64,000 nt of DNA from Terriglobia bacterium (lineage in GTDB: Bacteria > Acidobacteriota > Terriglobia > Terriglobales > Acidobacteriaceae), in the NCBI GenBank assembly GCA_963702965.1, contig OY969776.1, forward strand, positions 2,731,992 through 2,795,991. Reading direction: 5' to 3'. Shown here piece after piece: positions 28,104 to 37,730 of the stretch. The translations under genes and the position numbers were made by a program. The notes below the pieces were generated by a model. It saw only the letters and a program-made list of their open reading frames with translations, was not told where the DNA came from and ran no database searches. Position 1 is the stretch's first letter; each line of letters opens with the position of its first letter.

Positions 28104-28784
28104 CTAGCGCGCCGGCGCTACGCGAATGACGGTGGCCTTGCAATCGCGCACTGCGCCACATGCCTGCGGAGTGAGCGTGTCTTTGTTCAAGCAGAACTCG
28201 ACCGCAGTCAGATAATTGTTTCCGCAACTGACCGCCATATCTTTGCCGCGCAATCCCGGATTAGCATCCACAAAGGCCCGTTTGATCTCAGACGGAGCCA
28301 TCGATAGTTGCTTAGATGGTTTCGCCAGTTGGTCAGGAATTTTAATCGAGGCGTGGGCCCGGCGAATCAACTCGAAATAAGCGTCCGCGCCGAGCCCGCT
28401 GCATGTGCCATGCGTCGTCCACTCGTGGCGCAGGAGCCAGGTCGTTGGCATGAAATCAAGATACTTGGAAGGATCCGACGGGCCAGGCGCATTGGAACAA
28501 TGTTCTGGATACCCATCAGTAAACTGCGGCCATAAGCCGTGCACCACAAAGCCGCGACCACCAGCCTGACATTCCTCCGAAGTTGCATTACGTTCGGAGT
28601 GGCAGAATTCCGGTTCCCACGACAGATTCAGCAAGTAATAATCGAAAACGCCGGGCTGGCTCGGCCGCCCGCGCTGCGCCAGCGCCGCCGGTAGGAGCGC
28701 CAAAAAAAGGAAAACCGCCGACCCATGCTTTATAAAGCGATTCAATCGATCCTCACGCCAGCTATAAGTCGGTGGCCTATGCAA
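28104..28784 (-). CDS. ribonuclease T2 family protein (secreted)
   Basis: CAS I FVVHGLWPQ and CAS II HEWTTHGTC motifs, plus a signal peptide. A shorter TTG start near 28745 (NRFIKHGSAVFLFLALLPAALAQ) is plausible. Confidence 0.8.
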   Translation of the reverse strand: MHRPPTYSWREDRLNRFIKHGSAVFLFLALLPAALAQRGRPSQPGVFDYYLLNLSWEPEFCHSERNATSEECQAGGRGFVVHGLWPQFTDGYPEHCSNAPGPSDPSKYLDFMPTTWLLRHEWTTHGTCSGLGADAYFELIRRAHASIKIPDQLAKPSKQLSMAPSEIKRAFVDANPGLRGKDMAVSCGNNYLTAVEFCLNKDTLTPQACGAVRDCKATVIRVAPAR

Positions 28785-28795
28785 GCGACCGCCTT

Positions 28796-29302
28796 CTAAA
28801 TCTTCTTGAACAAATTTTCAAACGCCTGCCGCGCATCGCTGGGCTTGCTCGCCGGAGGCAAAGGTGTCGACGTTTCTTTCTCCAGACGCATGCTGATGGA
28901 GAAAAACGTGCAGTTGTTCTTCTCATCTTTGCGGGCAACTCTTTCGGCAATCGGTTGCATGCACTCGAAGCGCTTGGACGTATCGAAGTAATTGCATTGC
29001 CGGCAGGAATGTAGCGCGATCCCGCATTTAGGACAGGCTTCGGGCACGTCATCCGTTATGGGCAGCACCGTGCCACACTGCGCACACCGGGACACGCGAT
29101 GCGTGCCCGGCATCTGGAGCTTACGCGGCCCGAAAGTGTCGTCCTTCTTCTTGGCGGGCGCTGCGCCCGTTTTCTGTTTTGGAGTTTCGTTCTGGTCCTG
29201 ATATCCGTGTTGACGATATTTTCGATCTGACAAAGTCACACCCCAGTGTTGCCCGCCATTGTCTCGCGGAAGGGCAAACTCTACAAGTGGCGTTGATCGC
29301 AA
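28796..29302 (-). CDS. zinc-ribbon hypothetical protein
   Basis: CAQCG...CPKCG...CRQC cysteine pairs. Ends 12 nt before the RNase T2 start. The true start may be nearer 29233-29239 (SDRKYRQHGYQD). Confidence 0.5.
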   Translation of the reverse strand: MRSTPLVEFALPRDNGGQHWGVTLSDRKYRQHGYQDQNETPKQKTGAAPAKKKDDTFGPRKLQMPGTHRVSRCAQCGTVLPITDDVPEACPKCGIALHSCRQCNYFDTSKRFECMQPIAERVARKDEKNNCTFFSISMRLEKETSTPLPPASKPSDARQAFENLFKKI

Positions 29303-29441
29303 AGCTTAACTCTGGAGGCCAGCTTCCGTCCAATGCGGGATGAAGAAGGGATGGATGGAGGAAGATCGCCGAATTGTATTTCGCAATCCGCGATGCTACC
29401 ATCGCTTTAGTTTGCATCGAATAAAACGCTTGGAGGCTTTT

Positions 29442-29747
29442 ATGTCGAACCGTGATTCTGCCGGCGGGATTTTGTGGTTTGTTGCGGGATTGGGTGTTGG
29501 GGCTGCCGTCGCCCTCTTGTATGCTCCGCAATCGGGCAACGAGACCCGCGAATTGCTGATGTCCAAAGCGGAAGAGAGCCGCGAGAAAATGAAAGAGCAG
29601 GCGCGGCGCGCGCGTGAAAGCGCTGGCGAGTGGATGGATCGCGGCAAGGAAGCTTATGGCCAGCAAAAAGAGCAGTTCCGCTCGGCGTACGAAGCCGGAC
29701 GTCAGGCCTACAAAGAGGCAACGACCGGCAATGAAGGCGGCGTCTAA
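29442..29747 (+). CDS. YtxH domain-containing protein
   Basis: GGAGG RBS before the ATG at 29442. GILWFVAGLGVGAAVALLYAPQSGNETRELL is typical of YtxH, followed by a charged helical tail. Confidence 0.7.
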   Translation: MSNRDSAGGILWFVAGLGVGAAVALLYAPQSGNETRELLMSKAEESREKMKEQARRARESAGEWMDRGKEAYGQQKEQFRSAYEAGRQAYKEATTGNEGGV

Positions 29748-29768
29748 GACGTGGCAGTTGGAATCGCT

Positions 29769-30260
29769 ATGAACTATCTACCCATTTTTGTTGCGATCAC
29801 TTCGGCGGCGGTTGTGATTCAAGCGGGCATCCTGATCGGCATGTTTCTGAGTCTCCGCAAAACCAGCAGCCGCTTGGAAACCCTGGCCAGCGAAGTCAGC
29901 AGCAAAGTGCTGCCGACTGCCGCGCTGGCGCATGACATGCTTTCCGAATTGCGTCCGCGGATTGAGAACATTGCCGCGAATCTGAGCGAGTCCACGAATA
30001 TTGTGCGGGCCCAAATTGAGGGCATCGACTCCACCATGACCGAACTCCTGGATCGCGCTCGTTTGCAGGTGATTCGGACGGATGAGCTGGTGGGCCGCGC
30101 CATCGACAAAGTGGAAAACGCGACTGACTCGGTGCAGAAAACCGTTTCCATCCCAGTCAAGCAATTCTCCGGCATCATGCGCGGAGTCAGCGCCGGGCTG
30201 GAATATCTCGTCACGCAGAAGCGCCGCCAGGCGACGCAACGCGACGAAATGTTCATCTAG
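29769..30260 (+). CDS. DUF948-like membrane-anchored coiled-coil protein
   Basis: Single N-terminal TM (YLPIFVAITSAAVVIQAGILIGMFL) followed by helical repeats. Sits adjacent to YtxH, as is often seen. Confidence 0.5.
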   Translation: MNYLPIFVAITSAAVVIQAGILIGMFLSLRKTSSRLETLASEVSSKVLPTAALAHDMLSELRPRIENIAANLSESTNIVRAQIEGIDSTMTELLDRARLQVIRTDELVGRAIDKVENATDSVQKTVSIPVKQFSGIMRGVSAGLEYLVTQKRRQATQRDEMFI

Positions 30261-30327
30261 AAGAAAATCGCCCGGGGGGTATCATCCCTCGCGCTCGGTT
30301 CAGCCGCGATACCGGCCGCCAGACGCA

Positions 30328-31656
30328 TCATTTCACCGACAACTTATAGATCGTCCCGCAGCCTGTATCACAGGGCCCGTTGCCGCCATAGATTGTCACG
30401 CCGTAGAGCGTTCCACGACCGTCAGAAATCTGTCCCCCCGCGGGCGTGTCCCCTTGCGTGCTATTGAAGGTATGCAACACCACAAGGTGGCCAGACGGGG
30501 TCAGCTTAAAGATGTTTCCGCAGCCATAGGGGCATGTTGTGTTCCCACCTCCGCTAGCCGTCCCGTAAAAGTTGCCGTGAGCATCCAGCAATAAATTTCC
30601 ATCTGGACCGGCCCCGTCCGCTCCGCCAGTAAAGGTGTAAAGCACGCTGAACTGACCCGCCTTCGATATCTTGAAGATCGTGCCGCAACCCCCGTCTGCG
30701 CATCTGCTGAGGTCGCCGCCAGCATTGGTGGTTCCATAGACGTTCCCCTCGGCGTCAATAGTGAGGGCAGAACTAGGAAACTCTCCGTCGGTGCCTCCTG
30801 TAAACCGATGAAGGACAGTTTCGTTCCAGGTTCCATCCCCGGCTGGGGTGAGTTTAAACACAACGCCGCAGCCGAAGGGGTCGCTCCCGCAAGCGGATTG
30901 ACCGCCATAGTACGTGGTGCCATACAACGCGCCCGAGGCATCGAGGGTGAGAGGTTGCATCGGCTCCTGGCCATCAGGCGCGCCCGTAAAGGAATGCAAA
31001 ACCGTTTCCTTTCCGTTGGGAGCAACCATGTACACCAGGCCGCAGGAAACCACCCCGCCATCGCAAGAGCCCTCCCCTCCAACCGCAGTGGTGCCGTAGA
31101 TGTTTCTTGACTTGTCGAGAATCACTGAGCTCTCCGCAAATTCGCCGTCGGCGGGAGGGCCGGTAAAACGGTAGAGTATTTTTTCGCCAGCCTTGCTTAG
31201 CTTGAAGACCGTCCCATAATTGGTATAACCACCGAAAGCCGTGGCGCCATAGAGCGCGTTGCCGGCGAGCACGACGCCGCTCGGGCCGTCGCCGTCGCCG
31301 CCGGCACCCGTGAAGTCGTAGAGCACCGTAAGTACACCATGGTTACTAAACTCGTAGACGTCTCCCGGCTCGACACCGCCGTAATTCTCGCTGCCTGAGC
31401 CATATAGGTTCCCTGCTGCGTCCCGAGCCAGGGGGCCATCAGGGAAGCACCCATCCTGGGCGCACTGAAACTGATAGAGCATCGTGAACTGCTGGGCTTG
31501 GGCAAGGCGAGGAGTGGCCACAAAGACGGCAATGATCGCCGCGACGAGCGAAAGACACAGGCGCAGGGCGATCGCGAGCCGCGAGGAATTCCTACAACGC
31601 ATGCCGACTCGTATGTTCAGAAACTCGCTTGGCGCAAAAGGGACTTTTGCACTCAC
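30328..31656 (-). CDS. secreted repeat protein with GloVer-type tandem repeats
   Basis: Six or more repeats of the pattern DG..P...L..D..GNLYGTT..GG.....G(T/V)(V/I)(F/Y)KL. Signal peptide; the start may be M19 (31602). Confidence 0.65.
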   Translation of the reverse strand: MSAKVPFAPSEFLNIRVGMRCRNSSRLAIALRLCLSLVAAIIAVFVATPRLAQAQQFTMLYQFQCAQDGCFPDGPLARDAAGNLYGSGSENYGGVEPGDVYEFSNHGVLTVLYDFTGAGGDGDGPSGVVLAGNALYGATAFGGYTNYGTVFKLSKAGEKILYRFTGPPADGEFAESSVILDKSRNIYGTTAVGGEGSCDGGVVSCGLVYMVAPNGKETVLHSFTGAPDGQEPMQPLTLDASGALYGTTYYGGQSACGSDPFGCGVVFKLTPAGDGTWNETVLHRFTGGTDGEFPSSALTIDAEGNVYGTTNAGGDLSRCADGGCGTIFKISKAGQFSVLYTFTGGADGAGPDGNLLLDAHGNFYGTASGGGNTTCPYGCGNIFKLTPSGHLVVLHTFNSTQGDTPAGGQISDGRGTLYGVTIYGGNGPCDTGCGTIYKLSVK

Positions 31657-31868
31657 ATGGCGCTCCTCATTTCAGATTTAGGGGGCCCGTGCCGGTTTCT
31701 TCCTGGGAAAGCGCCGCCCTACGTCGAGGACGCCTGGCGCTCGCGAATCAGGCCACCGGCAAGGGATGTCGCCGATGTCCGCAAAACCCGACGCGCTCGA
31801 TTTTACGTACGCAGCAAAAGCGGTGTCAATCGAAAATTCCGCAAAAAATATGGCTCTCTACAGGTTCG

Positions 31869-32990
31869 TTACGCGATCCAGCCCCCGCCCACGACCACAT
31901 CGCCGTCGTAGAAAACGGCTGCCTGGCCGGGCGTGATGGCACGCTGCGGTTCGTCGAAGGTGGCAACAATATCATTCCCATCGCGGATAATCGTCGCCGG
32001 CGCGCCCTCGTGCCGGTGCCGGATTTTTACCGTTACCCGCATCGCTTCGGTCACGTCTTCCACTGAAATCAGATTGACGCGCCGAGCCCGCAACGTCTTC
32101 GAATACAAGTTCTCTGAATTTCCCACCACGACCTGCCGCGCATCGCCTTTAATCTGGATCACATAGAGGGGCGACCCAGTGGCCACCCCCAGCCCCTTGC
32201 GCTGGCCCACGGTAAACTTATGGATGCCCTCGTGCTCGCCAATGACCGTGCCGTCGGTGGTGACCAGTTCGCCCGCTGTATCCGGTAAAGACTGGCCCTG
32301 CTCGGCGAGATAAGCATCAAGAAATGCCTTGTAATCGCCACCCGGCACGAAACAGATTTCCTGGGAATCCGGCTTCTCGGCGAGAGCCAGTCCGTGTTGC
32401 CGCGCACGCTCACGGACTTCCGGCTTGGTCATGCCTCCTAGAGGAAAAATCGTGCGGCTCAATTGCTCCTGCGTGAGGCCGAAGAGAAAATATGTCTGAT
32501 CTTTTGAAGCGTCTTTGGGCCGCATCAGCAACCAGCGCTGGCTGCTCTCATCAAAATGCACGCGCGCATAATGCCCGGTCGCGAGTTTATCGGCGCCAAT
32601 CTGGCGTGCGACCACTAGAAGTTCGTCAAACTTCAAATGGTTATTGCACAGGCTGCACGGAATGGGCGTCCGGCCCGACAGATACTCCTCCACAAACGGA
32701 CGCACGACTTCCCGCTCGAAGCGCTCCTCGTGATTGACGACGTAGTAGGGGATCCCAATCGTCTCCGCCACGCGCCGCGCATCGTACACGTCGTCCAGCG
32801 AGCAGCAGCGTCCGGTTACGGCCTCGGGCATGCCGTCCTTGCCCGCCAATCGTCGCTGGTTCCACAGCTGCATAGTGAGCCCGACAATCGTGTGGCCTTC
32901 CGCGCGCAGCATGGCCGCAACGGTGGAAGAGTCCACACCGCCCGACATCGCGACGGCGATGGTCGTTTTCGAATTGGACGGACTATTCAT
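31869..32990 (-). CDS. mnmA: tRNA 2-thiouridine(34) synthase MnmA
   Basis: PP-loop [26 protein letters not shown]. The ATG at 32990 is preferred. Confidence 0.92.
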   Translation of the reverse strand: MNSPSNSKTTIAVAMSGGVDSSTVAAMLRAEGHTIVGLTMQLWNQRRLAGKDGMPEAVTGRCCSLDDVYDARRVAETIGIPYYVVNHEERFEREVVRPFVEEYLSGRTPIPCSLCNNHLKFDELLVVARQIGADKLATGHYARVHFDESSQRWLLMRPKDASKDQTYFLFGLTQEQLSRTIFPLGGMTKPEVRERARQHGLALAEKPDSQEICFVPGGDYKAFLDAYLAEQGQSLPDTAGELVTTDGTVIGEHEGIHKFTVGQRKGLGVATGSPLYVIQIKGDARQVVVGNSENLYSKTLRARRVNLISVEDVTEAMRVTVKIRHRHEGAPATIIRDGNDIVATFDEPQRAITPGQAAVFYDGDVVVGGGWIA

Positions 32991-33332
32991 GGTCAGCAAT
33001 GACAGATTAGAAATTCACAGATCGCGTGTGATCTGGGTCACAATCAATTATATCGGAGCCCAGTTTTGCGGCTACTGCCGGCCAAATGCCCTGTTTCCAT
33101 CGGATTCGTCGTCATGGTTACGCTGCCCCATGTGGAAAACTACTATGTACTTCTGGTAGTCCTAAGGTCTTGACCTTACTTCGACTGCTCCCTATACTTA
33201 GCCCAATTACCTTGCTGGACAGCCACTTCGCACGACCGTAAGCCAAACTTTTTCTGTATTGTTCGCCTGCTCCGACGCAGCTGCACGCACTTGTGCCTGT
33301 CGCCGGAGACCGGCAACGCGTGTGTCGGGAGC

Positions 33333-34628
33333 ATGAATTGTATGAAGTGGCCAATTGAAATTCCGGTGCTTGTTCTTGTGGCGCTCAGCGCGCTCGGCGC
33401 GGCAGCTCAAATCGACGTCTCCCTCAATAAGCCGTCGACACAACCTATTTCGGCGCAATGGTTTGCCATGCACACTCTTAGTCAGAGTGATCCCTGGCCC
33501 ACCCAGGAAGGCATCGAATTTTCATCGTGGCGCAGCGTCTCCTCCAGCATTCAATGGTCGAACATTAACACTGCTAACGGCGTTTACAACTGGGATTACT
33601 TCGACCGGTGGATGGCTATGGCCGCGGAATACGGCCAGACGGTGCTCTACACAGTCTATGCCACACCGACATGGGCTTCTTCCTGCCCGACCTGCACTTG
33701 TAATCAGGGCAACGGAGACCCAGGGAGTTGCTATCCGCCGAATGACCTCAATTCGGATGGAACCGGAAGCGACAAACATCTGAAAAATTTCGTCGCCGCC
33801 TTGATGCAGCACGTGGGTCCAGGCAAAATTCAGACACTGGAAGTTTGGAACGAACCGAACATTCCCAGCGAATGGGGTGGCACAACCCAGCAACTCGTGA
33901 GCATGGCCCGCGACATCCGCAGTGTTGCGCTCTCTTACGACCCCAATATCAAAATCAGCAGCCCCGCTGAAACCGGCGAAGGCAAATCCGATGGGTCGAA
34001 GATGACATGGCTGGCGGGTTATTTGCAGGCGGGCGGCGGCGCCTACGTGGACATCATCGGGCTACATGGCTACGTAAACTCACCGGAAGACATCATTGCG
34101 CGCGTTGCATCCACTACGGCCGCCATGCAGCAGTATGGGCAATCCTCCAAACCAATTTGGGTCACCGAGGGGAGTTGGTGCTGCGACTATCAATCCCTGC
34201 CCACGAACGAACAACAGGGCTTCAGCCTTCGTCTCACACTGGCTATGATGTCCACGCCCACGAGCCGGTTCTATCTCTATGCCTACGATTCGCCGATCGA
34301 AGCCAACCTATGGAGTACCTCGACGCAACAACTCACCCCCAATGCAACTACTTATAAGCTCTATTACAACTGGCTGGTGGGCGCTACGATGGTCCAGCCC
34401 TGTCAGGCGGGAACGGGCAACATGCAGGCCGTCTGGACCTGCATCTTCACCAAGCCGAGTGGGTACCAGGCCGAGGCTATCTGGAACATCTCGCTGCCTT
34501 TTGGCCAGACGAAACGCGTCACGGTGCCCAATCAGTATGTTCAATACACTGATGTCAATGGCGTAGTGCACCAAATCCAGAACAATCAAGTCCCCATCGG
34601 ATACAACCCCGTCTGGCTGGAAAACTGA
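33333..34628 (+). CDS. secreted glycoside hydrolase, clan GH-A-like
   Basis: Signal peptide; EVWNEPN (acid/base-like) and IWVTEGSW (nucleophile-like) motifs. The family was not assigned. Start is either 33333 or 33342. Confidence 0.55.
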   Translation: MNCMKWPIEIPVLVLVALSALGAAAQIDVSLNKPSTQPISAQWFAMHTLSQSDPWPTQEGIEFSSWRSVSSSIQWSNINTANGVYNWDYFDRWMAMAAEYGQTVLYTVYATPTWASSCPTCTCNQGNGDPGSCYPPNDLNSDGTGSDKHLKNFVAALMQHVGPGKIQTLEVWNEPNIPSEWGGTTQQLVSMARDIRSVALSYDPNIKISSPAETGEGKSDGSKMTWLAGYLQAGGGAYVDIIGLHGYVNSPEDIIARVASTTAAMQQYGQSSKPIWVTEGSWCCDYQSLPTNEQQGFSLRLTLAMMSTPTSRFYLYAYDSPIEANLWSTSTQQLTPNATTYKLYYNWLVGATMVQPCQAGTGNMQAVWTCIFTKPSGYQAEAIWNISLPFGQTKRVTVPNQYVQYTDVNGVVHQIQNNQVPIGYNPVWLEN

Positions 34629-34658
34629 TTTTCCTGCACTCTTAGTAGAGATAGTAGA

Positions 34659-34686
34659 GAGCCCCGGCTAACCCCGGGGCTCTTAT
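34659..34686 (+). terminator. stem-loop terminator after the glycoside hydrolase gene
   Basis: GAGCCCCGG-CTAACC-CCGGGGCTC followed by a weak T-tract (TTATT). Confidence 0.5.
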
Positions 34687-34816
34687 TGCATGAAATGCCG
34701 CGCGTTCTTCTTTTTGGAACCTATCCAAAGCCTGCGCCGTAAGTCTTATACAGGGACATTCCTGTATGTGAATGGGGCCCAAGGCTGTCAGCTATCATGG
34801 AAACAGAAGTCACTTC

Positions 34817-36064
34817 ATGCGCGTCCTCTTCGAAATTTTCGGCCAGACCTTAAGCACTCTTTGGGCGCACAAGCTGCGTTCTTTTCTGACGATGTTCGGC
34901 ATCGCCTGGGGAGTGGGTTCGCTTTTGCTTCTAGTCGGCCTCGGGGAAGGCTTCCGCTCGGGCAATAAAAAGCAGTTCGACGAACTGGGCGAGAACGTCA
35001 TGTTCATCTGGGGTGGACGAGCACCGGCGGTGAGCGGCGATTTCAACTCCATGCGGCCCTATTACCTCACTTACAAAGATTACTTGGACATTCTTGAATG
35101 CCCGCACGTCAAAGACGCGGTACCCATTATTCAGCGCAGCGACATTCGCGCGGTCAGCGATTTTTACCAGAGCAGCGGCCAGATCTTTGGGACCTTGCCC
35201 AACTTCAATCAGATTCGCTACGTTCCGGTGGTGGAAGGGCGCTGGTTAAACGACCTCGACAATAGCGAGCGGCGGCGCGTCATTGTGCTGGGCGCGGAGA
35301 CCAGCCGCCTTCTGTTTCCGGGAAGGCCCGCGATTGGCAGCACGATTATGCTGAATGGAATCGACTTCGCCGTCATCGGAGTTGTCAAGCGCATCGGCCA
35401 TGGGGACAACAATAATCAGAATCTGAAAAATTTCGTGCCCTACACCACCATGCACGAAAATTTCCCGCCCCTCAACATTGGCGACACTCTTAATCCGATT
35501 TCTTTCATCGACTATCAGCCGATTGATCGTGCGTCGCATGAACTCGCCAAGCAAGAGGTGCACCAGGTTCTCGGCCGCAACCACGGCTTCGATTACACCG
35601 ACGAAGACGCTTTCGACGAGTGGGACACGATCAAAACGGTGGACAGCATCGGCAAAATCTTTGACGCCATGAACATGTTTCTGGGCAGTGTAGGGCTCGT
35701 GACGCTCGCTCTCGGAGCCATCGGCATCATCAACATCATGCTGGTTGCGGTCGCGGATCGTACTCGCGAAATTGGCCTGCGTAAAGCTCTGGGCGCTACC
35801 AATAACAGCATCATGTTTCAATTTTTTGTGGAAGGGGCATTTCTCACTCTATTCAGCGGCGGCCTCGGCATGGCAGGCGCCGCCGCATTAATGGCAGCTT
35901 TATCCACGCTGCCATCGCCGCCGGGATGGGACACGCCGCGCCTGGTGCCAACGACGGCTGCCTTGGCGATTATTTCTTTAGCCATCGCCGGTGTCGCTGC
36001 CGGACTCTACCCGGCGCGGCAGGCGGCCTTGCTGCAACCGGTGGAAGCGTTAAGACGCGAGTAA
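34817..36064 (+). CDS. ABC transporter permease, MacB/FtsX type (no ATPase domain)
   Basis: N-terminal TM (LRSFLTMFGIAWGVGSLLLL), large periplasmic domain, and C-terminal FtsX module (ADRTREIGLRKALGAT). Confidence 0.8.
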   Translation: MRVLFEIFGQTLSTLWAHKLRSFLTMFGIAWGVGSLLLLVGLGEGFRSGNKKQFDELGENVMFIWGGRAPAVSGDFNSMRPYYLTYKDYLDILECPHVKDAVPIIQRSDIRAVSDFYQSSGQIFGTLPNFNQIRYVPVVEGRWLNDLDNSERRRVIVLGAETSRLLFPGRPAIGSTIMLNGIDFAVIGVVKRIGHGDNNNQNLKNFVPYTTMHENFPPLNIGDTLNPISFIDYQPIDRASHELAKQEVHQVLGRNHGFDYTDEDAFDEWDTIKTVDSIGKIFDAMNMFLGSVGLVTLALGAIGIINIMLVAVADRTREIGLRKALGATNNSIMFQFFVEGAFLTLFSGGLGMAGAAALMAALSTLPSPPGWDTPRLVPTTAALAIISLAIAGVAAGLYPARQAALLQPVEALRRE

Positions 36065-36083
36065 TGGCGGAGAATAATAGTTA

Positions 36084-37325
36084 ATGAAGAAAGACTTATT
36101 ACAACAAGCCTACAGCGCCATGCGGCATGATCTGCGCAAGACCGTGCTCACCATGCTGGGCATGGCCTGGGGGATTGCGACGGTCGTGTTGCTGCTTGCC
36201 TACGGCGACGGCTTCGGTGGCGCCATCGAAAATATTTTTCACGCCTTCGGCGCAACGGGTGTAGGCATTTATCCCGGACGCACTTCCGAACAAGCGGGCG
36301 GAAACAAAGCCGGGGTTCAGATTCGCCTGACCAACGACGACGTCGAATTGCTGCGCAATGTCGTGCCATTGGCCAAGCACATCTCGCGGGTTTCCGACAT
36401 GCAGGCGACTGTGCAATACGGCGAGCGCCGCTTCACGCTCTCCATTGAAGGCGCGGATCCCGACGTGCAGCAAATCTGGAACCTGGGCATGAAAAGCGGA
36501 CGCTTTTTGAATGACGAGGACAACCTCAGTCATGCCTTCGTCGCGGTCATCGGCTCCGAGGCGCAACAAAAATTATTCTCCGGCATTGACCCGCTGGGCG
36601 AAACCATCCGCGTGAATGGTGTGAGTTTTCAGGTGGTAGGCACTCTTCTCGCCCGCATGCAGGAAGGCGACGACGATGATAACCGCACCATCTATCTGCC
36701 TTACAACACCATGGACTCCTTGCAAGACAACCACTATCTTTCGGGAATCTGGCTCGATTCTTACGGTCTAAACCACGATAAACTCGACACCACCATTCGC
36801 CAGTCGCTTGCCATTGCCCACAACTTCAAGCCTACCGACCAGCGCGCAGTCATGGTCTTTGACGCACAGAAGCAATTGCAACAGTTCGGCATCATCATCA
36901 TGGGATTAAAGATTCTGCTGGCCTTTATCGGTGCGGTGACGCTCGGCATTGGCGGTATCGGGCTAATGAACATCATGCTGGTTTCGGTCACCCAGCGGAC
37001 TCGCGAAATCGGCGTGGAAAAAGCCCTGGGGGCGCGCAAGCGCGACATTCTTTTTCAGTTCCTCGCCGAAGCTCTGGTCATCACCGCCGTCGGCGGCGTG
37101 CTTGGAGTTCTGCTCTCTTACGCCGTCTCCTACAGCGTCGGCACTATTACTTTCTATAGCGCCATCGCACAACACGCCAATGCCGGTGATATACGCCTGA
37201 TCGTAGCTCCGCATATTCTGATCGTCGCCACCCTGATTTTGGGATTGGTCGGCATCGTCAGCGGCATGGTGCCCGCTTTGCGCGCGGCGAATTTAGACCC
37301 AATTGAAGCGCTCAGGTACGAGTAA
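36084..37325 (+). CDS. ABC transporter permease, MacB/FtsX type (no ATPase domain)
   Basis: Same architecture as the preceding gene (LRKTVLTMLGMAWGIATVVLLL ... TQRTREIGVEKALGAR). Confidence 0.8.
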   Translation: MKKDLLQQAYSAMRHDLRKTVLTMLGMAWGIATVVLLLAYGDGFGGAIENIFHAFGATGVGIYPGRTSEQAGGNKAGVQIRLTNDDVELLRNVVPLAKHISRVSDMQATVQYGERRFTLSIEGADPDVQQIWNLGMKSGRFLNDEDNLSHAFVAVIGSEAQQKLFSGIDPLGETIRVNGVSFQVVGTLLARMQEGDDDDNRTIYLPYNTMDSLQDNHYLSGIWLDSYGLNHDKLDTTIRQSLAIAHNFKPTDQRAVMVFDAQKQLQQFGIIIMGLKILLAFIGAVTLGIGGIGLMNIMLVSVTQRTREIGVEKALGARKRDILFQFLAEALVITAVGGVLGVLLSYAVSYSVGTITFYSAIAQHANAGDIRLIVAPHILIVATLILGLVGIVSGMVPALRAANLDPIEALRYE

Positions 37326-37336
37326 GTAAGGCTTCA

Positions 37337-37703
37337 TACGGCGGGACAAGCGGAGGCGGCGAGTATGGGTTGGGCGTCGCCTATGAGCTCAGCCCAAACG
37401 GCGATGGCACGTGGGCGGAGGGAATACTGCACAGCTTTCCCGCGTTCCCTGGCGACGGCGCGGCGGCGGTGTGGTGTTTGAGATCAGCCCGCAGTAGGGT
37501 GCGTGCATGGCTGACTTTTTCGGGACGACATTCCATGCGTTTACGCCGATTCAAGGGGCGAAGTACCCCCCGCCCTGTTTCCATAATCCCTTTCAATCGC
37601 AGTGTTGGGGAAAAGGCTTCGCCCCGCAAGACCCAGATAACGATGCGGTGGATGATGACTCGGCCCCGACGGCGGCGGCGTGGTGTTTGAAATCACGCCG
37701 TAG
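37337..37703 (+). pseudogene. decayed fragments of GloVer-repeat protein gene(s)
   Basis: YGGTSGGGEYGLGVAYELSPNGDGTWAEGILHSFPAFPGDG, then after a frameshift GGVVFEISPQ-stop (37497). A second relic DGGGVVFEITP-stop ends at 37703. No start codon or signal peptide. Confidence 0.45.
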
Positions 37704-37730
37704 ATTCGCGCCTACAACATTCATGCAACA

